Shown one piece after another: positions 53,601-64,000 of a stretch of DNA of 64,000 bases. The notes below the pieces were generated by a model. It was not told the origin of the DNA and did not search any database. It worked only from the letters and a program-made list of their open reading frames with translations. The stretch spans positions 180,544,001-180,608,000 of the forward strand of contig OZ024741.1 of NCBI GenBank assembly GCA_964016885.1, read 5' to 3'. A program made the position numbers and the translations under genes. Within the stretch, counting starts at the first letter, position 1; every line of letters starts with the position of its first letter. The stretch comes from Eledone cirrhosa (Eukaryota).

Positions 53601-55640
53601 CACCACCACTATCATCATCATAATAACCACCACCACCACTACCATCATCATAATAACCACCACCACCACCACCATCATCATCATAATCACCACCACCACC
53701 ACGACTATCATCATCATAATAACCACCACCACCACTATCATCATCATAATAACCACCACCACCACTACCATCATCATAATAACCACCACCACCACCACCA
53801 TCATCATCATAATAACCACCACCACCACCACCACTATCATCATAATAACCACCACCACTATCATCATCATAATAACCACCACCACCACGACTATCATCAT
53901 CATAATAACCACCACCACCACCACCACTATCATCATAATAACCACCACCACCACCACTATCATCATAATCACCACCACCACCACCACTATCATCATAATA
54001 ACCACCACCACCACCACTATCATCATAATAACCACCACCACCACCACTATCATCATAATAACCACCACCACCACCACTATCATCATAATAACCACCACCA
54101 CCACCACTATCATCATAATAACCACCACCACCACCACTATCATCATCATAATAACCACCACCACCACTATCATCATCATAATAACCACCACCACCACTAC
54201 CATCATCATAATAACCACCACCACCACCACTATCATCATAATAACCACCACCACCACCACTATCATCATAATAACCACCACCACCACCACCACTATCATC
54301 ATAATAACCACCACCACCACCACTATCATCATAATAACCACCACCACCACCACTATCATCATCATAATAACCACCACCACCACTATCATCATCATAATAA
54401 CCACCACCACCACTACCATCATCATAATAACCACCACCACCACCACTATCATCATAATAACCACCACCACCACCACCATCATCATAATAACCACCACCAC
54501 CACCACTATCATCATAATAACCACCACCACCACCACCACTATCATCATAATAACCACCACCACCACCACTATCATCATAATAACCACCACCACCACCACT
54601 ATCATCATCATAATAACCACCACCACCACTATCATCATCATAATAACCACCACCACCACTACCATCATCATAATAACCACCACCACCACCACTATCATCA
54701 TAATAACCACCACCACCACCACTATCATCATAATAACCACCACCACCACCACTATCATCATAATAACCACCACCACCACCACTATCATCATAATAACCAC
54801 CACCACCACCACTATCATCATAATAACCACCACCACCACTATCATCATAATAACCACCACCACCACCACTATCATCATCATAATAACCACCACCACCACT
54901 ATCATCATCATAATAACCACCACCACCACTACCATCATCATAATAACCACCACCACCACCACTATCATCATCATAATCACCACCACCACCACCACCACCA
55001 CTATCATCATCATAATCACCACCACCACTATCATCATCATAATCACCACCACCACCACCACTATCATCATTATAATCACCACCACCACCATCATCATAAT
55101 AACCACCACCACCACTACTATCATCATAATAACCGCCACCACCACCACCATCATCATAATAACCACCACCACCACCACTATCATCATAATAACCACCACC
55201 ACCACCACTATCATCATAATAACCACCACCACTATCATCATCATAATAACCACCACCACCACGACTATCATCATCATAATCACCACCACCACCACCACCA
55301 TCATCATCATAATCACCACCACCACCACTACTATCATCATAATAACCACCACCACCACTATCATCATCATAATAACCACCACCACCACTATCATCATCAT
55401 AATAATCACCACCACCACTATCATCATCATAATAACCACCACCACCACTATCATCATAATAACCACCACCACCACTATCATCATAATAACCACCACCACC
55501 ACTATCATCATCATAATAACCACCACCACCACTACTATCATCATAATAACCACCACCACCACCACTATCATCATAATAACCACCACCACCACTATCATCA
55601 TAATAACCACCACCACCACTATCATCATAATAACCGCCAC
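50630..55640. repeat. 5-kb compound trinucleotide satellite, unit ~(ACC)4-6 ACT (ATC)2-3 (ATA)2
   Basis: Direct reading; length variation occurs only in whole triplets, which keeps several frames open. Confidence 0.95.
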
Positions 55641-56438
55641 TAATATCATCATTACCATATTCACTCATGCTATAGCCATTATCGTGATCATCAATCAAAC
55701 CATTGTAATTAATATCCACATCATCATCATCATCATTATAATTACCATCATAATGATGTTTATGATTATCATATTGTTAGTGAAATGATTACCATTTTCT
55801 TTTAGTATTGCTGCATAGGCATAGCTTAGGCCAGGTCTTATACAGTTATGTCCTATAGTAATGATTGTGATTGATGATAATTACTGGGTATATAACAATA
55901 GGATAAAGAAGTGAGTACATTTCATGCCATACTTAATGGCTGCCTGGCTTGTGTGAATATAATGATTTGATGTGTTTATAAATCTGATGTCTGTAAATCT
56001 GAAAAGCTGATAATGTTTTTTTTATGAGAAAAACAAAAAGATAATGGTTAAAGTTGACTCAGTTAATTAGTTGTTTCAGTGTGTCTGATTTAGAATAAAT
56101 ACATCATATGCCAGCGTTTTGCAATTCTGTCTGTGGAGCGGCCAATGTGTGGGCCATCATTTGCTCAGTGAGAGATGGGAAGAGTGGGAAAGAGGGAGGC
56201 AGTGAGAGTGGGAGTTTGGTTCTTTCGTGTTCGGACCTAGTGTATATGTATATGCATCAAATAGATATATTTCTCAGTAGGCTGTTAAAAATTTCTTTTA
56301 TCTAATGTTTATTACTTTATGATCACTAAATGAATCGGCACTAAAAAAGGCACCAAGCTGTAAAATATTACCATGAAAAGAATCTCATGATGAGTATGAA
56401 ACATCGCATGGGGCATGCAAGGTTAACCTCAGCTTTAA

Positions 56439-56644
56439 GCCTTTAGCTTTTAAACCGGCTGTATCCGGCCAGAATTCTCTCACCTTTCTGTTCAAACCGG
56501 TTGTAACTGGCCGCTCATACTAATGTTAAGGTATTGTTCTCAAAATGAATAATATCAAAATCTCGTAGATTCAATATTATGTGAGATAAAGTGTTTACTA
56601 TGAAAATACAATAATAAATATAGAGTAATGTAAATGCTAAAGGG
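56439..56644. mobile_element. piggyBac-type MITE, uninterrupted 206-bp copy
   Basis: TTAA|GCCTTTAGC...GCTAAAGGG|TTAA; inverted homolog of 18889-19407 without its insert. Confidence 0.8.
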
Positions 56645-57269
56645 TTAATAGGCAGAAAATGGCTTCAAAACACTTGTAAAATGAAAATGTTTACAAGATT
56701 TTGAAGTTTGAAAGCCACGATAATGCGAAATGGATGAATAAATAAATAAACAAGTTGGATGAAACAAGTGTTTTTATCTTAATTTATTTTTATGTCCTGA
56801 TATTTCAAGATTAAAATCTCTTCTTCTGAGGAAAATAAAAGGGACTAATTCAGTGTCCGATGCGGCATATTGACATTTGCTAAATTTACACTTCACTATA
56901 TTGACAGCATTTCACTAAATTGACTTTTTACTACATTAAATTTTTATTAAATTGATATTCTTCTAAATTGACATGTCACCAAATTAACGTTTTACCAAAT
57001 TAAGAACTAAGCCTTATCAACAGACTCCTGGTCTGGACAAGACTACCAGTGAATGTTTTGCATGCAAAAGGCATCCCTAAGTATTTTTCCGAAGTTATTC
57101 TTTTAAGTTACCAGGCCAATCAGTGTACATTCACAAAAAATCCTATATTCTCTCTAGCAGTAACAGTTAGACTATACTTTGATGATGAGGTTAAATAAGA
57201 CTGAAATATGACCAGAATTATCATCTTAATACCTTTCTCTCTCTGCCTTTGTTTTTCTGTCTGTCTGTC

Positions 57270-57306
<37 letters not shown>

Positions 57307-57349
57307 CCCCTCTCTCTCTTTGTCTTTCTTGGTGTTTGTCTATCTCTCG

Positions 57350-58860
57350 TAACAGCAGCAGCAGCAGCAGCAGCAATAGTGATGGAAAAAATAGTGGTAG
57401 TAGTAGAAGCAATAGTGGTGGAAGAAGTAGCAGTAGTAGTAGTAGTAGTTGTTGTAGTAGTAGTGGTGGTAGTAGTAGTAATAGTAGTAGCAGTAGAAGC
57501 AGCAGCAACAGTAGCCGTGGCAGCCATGATATCAGAAATAGTAATAGCTGCAGTAATCAAAGAGGCAAAGTGGTGATGGTAATGTCAACATCCTCAGCAG
57601 TACTCAAAGGGTCAAATTCATAATAATGTCATAGTAATATATAGAACTGTTTTTTTCAGAAGTGAGAAAACTATGTAAAGAACTCTTTTGTTTTTTTTTT
57701 GTTTTGCTTTAATAATACCACTTCCAAACCACACAAATTGGTTGTCATGTGGTCATATGTTTTATTATAATGATGTTTTATTGTAAAGATAACAGGGTCA
57801 TGGCTAACATTGCAAGACATGGTAATGACAGCAGTGATCATCAGCTTGATGGTGGTGACAGTGGTGATTTTGGAGATAGTGGTAGTGGTGGTAGTTGTAG
57901 TGTTGTTGTTGGTGTTAGTGGTGACTAGTGATTTTGGCAATGATGATAGTGGTAGTGGTGGTAGTAGTTGTAGTGTTGTTGTTGGTGATGGTGGTGATGG
58001 TGGTGATTGTGGTGATGGTAATAGTGGTAGTGGTGGCAGTTGTTGTTGGTGTTAGTGGTGACTAGTGATTTTGGCAATGATGATAGTGGTCGTGGTGGTG
58101 GTGGTGGTGGTAGTAGTTGTAGTGTTGTTGGTGATGGTGGTGATGGTGACGGTGGTGATTGTGGTGATAGTGATAGTGGTGGAAGTTGTTGGTGGTGGTA
58201 GTGGTGACTAGTGATTTTGGCAATGATGATAGTGGTAGTTGTTGGTGATGGTGGTGGTGATGGTGAAGGTGGTAACAACAATAATTCTGGCAATGGTGAT
58301 GATGATGGTGGTGGCTGTGTTGATGGTGGTGATGACAGTAGTGATTGCGGTAATGGTGATAGTGATAGTGGTAGTGGTTGCAGTTGGTGTTGTTGTTGAT
58401 GGTAGTGGGGGCAGTTGTAATGTTGTTGTTATTGGTGATAACAATGATGGTGAAGGGGTTAACAGCAGTAATTGTGGCAATGGTGACAATGGTGGTGGTG
58501 GTGGCTGTGTTGGTGTAGGTGGTGCTAGTGTGAGTGGCGGTGGTGGTGGAAGTGGTAGGGGTGCCAGTGCTGGTGTGGCTGGTGATAGCCACATCAGTGG
58601 TAGGGTGGGAGACTAATGGCAGGGATGTCATTAGGTTTAGTTATGATGATTGACAGCTATGGTGATAATTGTGATAGTGGTGGAGGTGATGGTGGTGATG
58701 GTGTTGATAGTGGTAGTGTTGGTGGCCCCCCCCCCCCCCCCCCCCCGGTAATAGTGCTACTACTTACAGGAGTCAGGATTAGAGTGGTGGAAATGGCTTG
58801 CTGTGGTAATAATGACTGCCATATATAATGTGTGTGGTGGTGGTGGTTATCATATGACAG
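57350..58860. repeat. Degenerate GGT/GAT/AGT/AGC triplet low-complexity region with internal duplications
   Basis: GTGGTGACTAGTGATTTTGGCAATGATGATAGTGGT recurs at ~57918, ~58056 and ~58201. Confidence 0.85.
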
Positions 58861-60675
58861 TAATGGGTGGGTAGGTAGATGGTATGTGGAAGGGGCAGTT
58901 GTTATGTTAGTAATAGTAGTCCCCTTACTCTACCAGTGAATATGTATGAAATGGGAGAGAGTTGTTCATGTATGTATGTGTCTGTATGGCCTCTGACATG
59001 TGTGTTCCAGTTTGAATAACAGGACAACCTGCTTATGAAATTAACATGGAAGTGGCTGAGCATTTCACAGCCAGATGTACTCTTGGCTGAGAGCCAGAGA
59101 GCCCTTAATGTGTCAACGAGGGAACCTCCATGTGGTCACTCAACCTGCTTGTAGAAATAGTAGTCAACATCTTTCTCAAATCATCATACCTGACTATCTT
59201 TAAAAAAAGGTGTGTTCTTTATTTAAGATGTTTTCTTGATATATATTAAGACAAAAAAAACAACAACAGAATAGTCATGGCTGGAATGTCTCGGCATATT
59301 TTTGCTTGATGTGACTCTGAACAAAATCCTAAAGCCATAACCACCATTATTGCCCTCATTACTAAGATCTCCAGGTTTGAACACACCTGATTTCATTTAG
59401 ATATGGAGAGAAAGACCAAGAAAGAAAGTAAGAGCTATAGAGGAAGAATCCATCCCAGTATTGGACTAGTACTTTATTTATCGATATTGGAAGGATGACA
59501 GGCAGAGTTGACTTCAGCGAGATTTAGACTCAGAGCGTAGTGAACTGGAACAAATGCTGAAGCATTTTTAATTCGACACCCCTGCTTGACCAACCATGTT
59601 AATGTTTCTATTTATTAAGTGAAGAGTTAATTGATTGAGAAAGAGAGCATGTGTATTTATGTTCTATCCTGTTTGAGCTATGAAATCATATTGGTCTTTT
59701 GAACTTTTTGAGTGTTATCTTTGAGTATTATTATTATCTGAATATTATTATTGTCATAGTGGTAGAGAGAGAAAAGAGAGAACATGATCTCTCTACTGAT
59801 TCTACACCAACTGTCTTGATTTACCATGAAATGGGGGAATGATTATATATATTTGTAATATTGCTTTCAATATGCACAGCTATAAAGTGGAAGTGAAACT
59901 GTGTATGCCAATTATGCTATATCTGTGGATTGGAATTTGATTGTTATACATTAAATACAATTCTTTTGTATATAACATGATATATATAATTTGACAGCTT
60001 TATCTGGAGCCTCTCTATGTCTCATAAGACATATCTTCATCTGGAAAGTTTGGCTCCAAAATGCAGGCCTAGTCAGAAATTGCCCATGCATGTAAATCTC
60101 TTCTCTCTATGTGATCAATGTTATCCAAAAAAGCCAGTGTCATTGCAGGCAAAATCATTATGCAAAGGGCCAAAAGAGATACTGCAAGGCCTCATACCAG
60201 ATGCTATAACAATTCCACCAATCCATCTTCCTGGGCTGCTGATTTATTTGTCCACCCTGAAAGGTAAAGTTAACTTTAGCTGAATTTAAACTTAGGTTGC
60301 TGAAGCAAATACTATGGGACATATATTTAATCTGACACTATAAAGACTCTGCCAATTTGTTACCTATAATTTCATTGCTATATATTATATATGTGGAAAC
60401 AGGTATGGCTAAGCTTTTTAAGAAATTTGCTTTGCAATCATGTAGTTCAAAGTTTAATCCCATTAGATAACATCTTGAGAACGTGTCTTTTACAGTAGAT
60501 TTTAGTCAATCCATGTCTTATGAATAATGAAACTAGGTAGATAGAAACTGTGTAGAAGACTATCAGATGGATTGTACCTGTACTTTAAAGGTCCAGTCAC
60601 ATAACATTGTTTGACACTGATTTTACCTGAGAATTATGTTATTGGCACATGGAATACTCAATCACATTAATTTAA

Positions 60676-60855
60676 CCTTTTAAAGGCTTTTTTTTAGTAT
60701 TTTCACGATAAAAGCTTTACCTCACATAATATCAAATCTATGAGATTTTGATATTATTTATTTTGTAATCAGTATGTGTGGCCAGTTACGGCTAGTTTGA
60801 ACAGAAAGAGGTGAGAGAATTCTGGCCGGACATGGCCAGTTTAAATGCTAAAGGA
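60676..60855. mobile_element. piggyBac-type MITE, diverged copy
   Basis: TTAA flanks; body AGAAAGAGGTGAGAGAATTCTGGCCGGA..TTTAAATGCTAAAGG shared with 19355-19407. Confidence 0.7.
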
Positions 60856-62644
60856 TTAATGAGTAAAATGTTTGATCTGCTAGAAATGGAAACAAAATCT
60901 CCATCCAATCACACCTTAGAATATCATCTCATAGGGAAACAAGGACCCATTAGATAATATTATAAACATTTAATCTTTCTTATGCCTACTAGTAGCTCAT
61001 TAAATTGAAGTGTATTCTTGTTTCATGAGGCATTAAACAATTTTGATATGATACCAATCTGTGACTAGGTTAAACCCATCCTCCCCCAGGTGTTGCTGGT
61101 ACTTATTTTCAGCTGAGTGACCTGGAGCAATGTGAAATGAAGGGCCTTGCTGAAGGATATAACACATCACCCTGTCTGAGGATTAAACCCACAACCTTAT
61201 GATCCACTAAGTTATGTATCTTTATTAGATAACGTAGTCCTGTATATATAAAGGCTGAGGGGACTCTTCAGTTGTGTCAAAGACATAACAATCTTCATAG
61301 CGTTGGTGTCATGATAAAATGCACCCAGTTCACTCTGTAAAGGGGTTGGGGTTAAGAAGAGCAGCTGTAGAAATCATGTTAAAACATTGTGAGTGAAACA
61401 TGGCCCCTGGCCCATCAAGGATGAGCAAGTATTGACAATCAGTAATAACCCATTCAACCCATATCAGCATGAACAAGCAGATGTAAAAATATGATGATGA
61501 TGATTATGATAATGATGATCATCATCATGACTAGAATACCTTTGATCATAGGTATGCCCAGTTGGCTGATGGCTGACACATGGTAGGCAATAACAATGTG
61601 AATAACCTACATTTCATAGAGATTTGAGTTCAACAATTGGGCCATCATGATAGCACCTCTCCTTTTTAAGCACCCTCATATCATGTGTTTTCTTTCACCT
61701 AGGTATTAATACAAAATGATCTTTACAATTTCATATCCATTTTGTAGTTTATGTTTAAAAGTGTGGAATGCTTTTATATTGGGAGTAATATTTCAATAGG
61801 ACAAGATACTATTTCTATTTTTAACTACTCAACTGTATAATATAAATGGAACCTGTTTAATTTTTATTTATTAGAATTTTAAAAATAATTATCAGATGAT
61901 AGGCAATTTAGAGCAAAATGAGTTATTGCAACATGTGGATTAACTTTTTGACTGCTTGGTCCACACAGTCCAACATGTCTAGATACACAAAATAAATCTA
62001 ATCTTAGATACACACGATATCTGAATGAAAGACATAGTGTGTATCTAAGATGTTGTTGTTACAATTCACACCTGCATAGGTTTAGCTGGCCTCCTATATA
62101 GTTGCACCACATGAAAACTTTTTTAGGTATATAATGCTAGGAGCTCTAAACCTATCACATTACCAAATGACAGGAAGCTGGATGTGAACTCAGAACACAT
62201 AAAGCCAGAACAGATACCACAAGGTATCCAGTTCAATATGCAATAACAACAAGCATTTTATGTCTATTTTCCCTGCTAAGCCAGGGGTTAGCCTTGTGTG
62301 TAGTGGTGGTATGACATGTTTCTGTATTTTTTTCCCATCATCTACATCCTCCTTCACGATCCTTCAGGCTTTTATTTTCCCCTTTGTTATCTACAGCTAT
62401 GTCTTCCTTGGTCTTTACTTTCTTTTACTACCTTCTGCATTCATTTTGAACACTCTTTTGTAATTCATTTTTTGTCTTTCTCTCTTACAACATCTTATCC
62501 ATTGCTCTAACAATGCTGCCAATGCACCACTCTTGAGTGATACTTATTTAGCAGGATAAGAAATTGGAAGACTGTTAGTGGACATACATAGTATAATATC
62601 ACATCTCTGATTCTATCAGTCACCACCTTTCAATGTAGATTAAT

Positions 62645-62940
62645 AATGATTTCTACTATAGGTACAAGGCCAGAAATTTGGGGAGAGGGGTAAGTCGATT
62701 AAATCGACCCTAGTGCATTACTGGTGCTTTATTTTACTGACTCCGTAAGGATGATCTCTAATTTAGCTACAGGGTAATTTGGGAGAGGGAAAAGTTGATA
62801 AAACGTGATGCAGTACATTACTGGTACTTTATTTTATTGACCCCAGAAGGATATAAAGCAAAGTTAACCTTGGAGGGATTTGAACTCAGAACAAATACTG
62901 CTAAGCATTTGTCTGATGCTCTAACAACTCTGTCAAACCA
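62645..62940 (-). mobile_element. Two diverged OK/OR-like SINE copies
   Basis: CATTACTGGTACTTTATTTTATTGACCCC..AGGAT..GCAAAGTTAACCT..GGGATTTGAACTCAGA. Confidence 0.7.
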
Positions 62941-63629
62941 CTGTTCTAATGTTGATCAATAATAATGGCACAGATCTATATTTACATAATATAAAGTTAG
63001 TTTTTATATTCATTCAGGTCATTATCTAGGGAATGTAGGTTCATTCTTAATTCTTGGCAGTAAGTTGTGTTGTTTTTGTTTTTCTTCTAACAGTATATCC
63101 TGTTTGTTTAAGCAACTATTCTCTTTCAACACACTCACATAAACATAGCTACATAGAAGCACAGAGGCACACACATAGACTCACATGCACACACACACAC
63201 ACACACACACAGTCACACAGATGTTTCTTTGAGAGTAATGGAAAGAATCCATTTTTGGCCAGTTCCCTGAGATATATTTGCTTTTAATCAAATTGTCAAT
63301 CACCAGGGAAGCACTCTTTAGTACTCCATTCCTGTTTGTCTTTTTTCACAGAAACAAGAAGCTAAGACTCCTCCTCAGAGTTCTTGACACATCTTTCATC
63401 GCAAATATACTACCTCTCTACACAGACACACACAAAAAAGACTGCTGTGTTTTAATCTAATTAACTATATAGGTTATCTTTTTTGAAATTTTGTTTTTGT
63501 CTACTTAACCTTCATATCCAAATGATAATCATAAGGATTTACTGTGAATGATTGTAGGTGTATTTGTACAAGAGAGAGAGAGAGAGAGGGAGAGAGAATG
63601 TGTGTGTGTAACATAGTAGCTTAAAATAA

Positions 63630-64000
63630 TATCTAGGTGAAAAATGGAGGGATTCTCTCTCTGAGTGAAAGGTACATTGTATGATGCTTATGTATTTACA
63701 CAGAGCAATGTTGAATGGTAGTGAGACATGGACATTGAATGCAGACGATGTATGAGGGCTAGAAAGAAATGAATCAAGTATGTTCCATTTGATATGTAAT
63801 AATGATGAAGCACAAATGAGTTGAAAACTGAGTATAAGAGGAATTGGATGTGTGCAAAAGAGAAGGTTGTACTGGGACAGACATGTGAGGTAAATCAATG
63901 ATGGCAGTTGTGTAAAAATGTACCAAAAGTTTCATGTAGAAGAAAGCTGTGGAAGATGAAAAGTAAGAAAACATAGACTGAATTGGTGAAAATTAATCTC
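63630..64000 (+). mobile_element. Degenerate RTE LINE fragment running off the window
   Basis: GFSL*VKGTLYDA..RAMLNGSETWTLNADDV*GLERNESSM. Confidence 0.8.

Noticed and set aside
57208-58828. Gly/Ser/Val/His/Thr-rich ORFs, similarly at 17908-18175 and 48693-49010
   Set aside because: Degenerate triplet low-complexity DNA open in several frames with no domain signature
60645-60670. GGAATACTC as a possible ACER3 exon 2 start (W-N-T)
   Set aside because: Not preceded by an AG acceptor and no ACER3-like continuation
62001-62051. Short inverted repeat ATCTTAGATACACAC...GTGTGTATCTAAGAT containing CTGAATGAAAG
   Set aside because: Spacing does not form a hammerhead core, there are no TA-repeat flanks, and it resembles part of another dispersed repeat (AGACATAGTGT, cf. 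~49882)

Overview
Eukaryotic, AT-rich, microsatellite- and transposon-saturated genomic DNA; the repeat families (OK/OR-type tRNA SINEs, RTE and R4/Dong LINEs, Penelope-like elements) point to an octopus or other cephalopod (inference). The only host gene I recognise is the first coding exon of an alkaline ceramidase 3 (ACER3-like) gene at 7245-7356 (+). No later exon was recognised, so the remaining ~56 kb is probably one very large first intron. Most ORFs in the track are translated microsatellites. Other content: two 5'-truncated Penelope-like elements (PLEs) with Naiad-type GIY-YIG endonuclease, a dead mariner, RTE, R4/Dong, HERO and CRE LINE fragments, piggyBac- and hAT-type MITEs, many SINEs, a telomere-like tract, a 5-kb triplet satellite and a 201-N gap. 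The most notable signal is absent from the ORF track: hammerhead ribozyme (HHR) motifs from several unrelated PLE terminal-repeat (pLTR) families. Five are short fold-back palindromes sitting in (TA)n tracts, and each turns at or inside the ribozyme. All folds and family assignments were made by eye, and repeat boundaries are approximate unless target-site duplications (TSDs) are cited.
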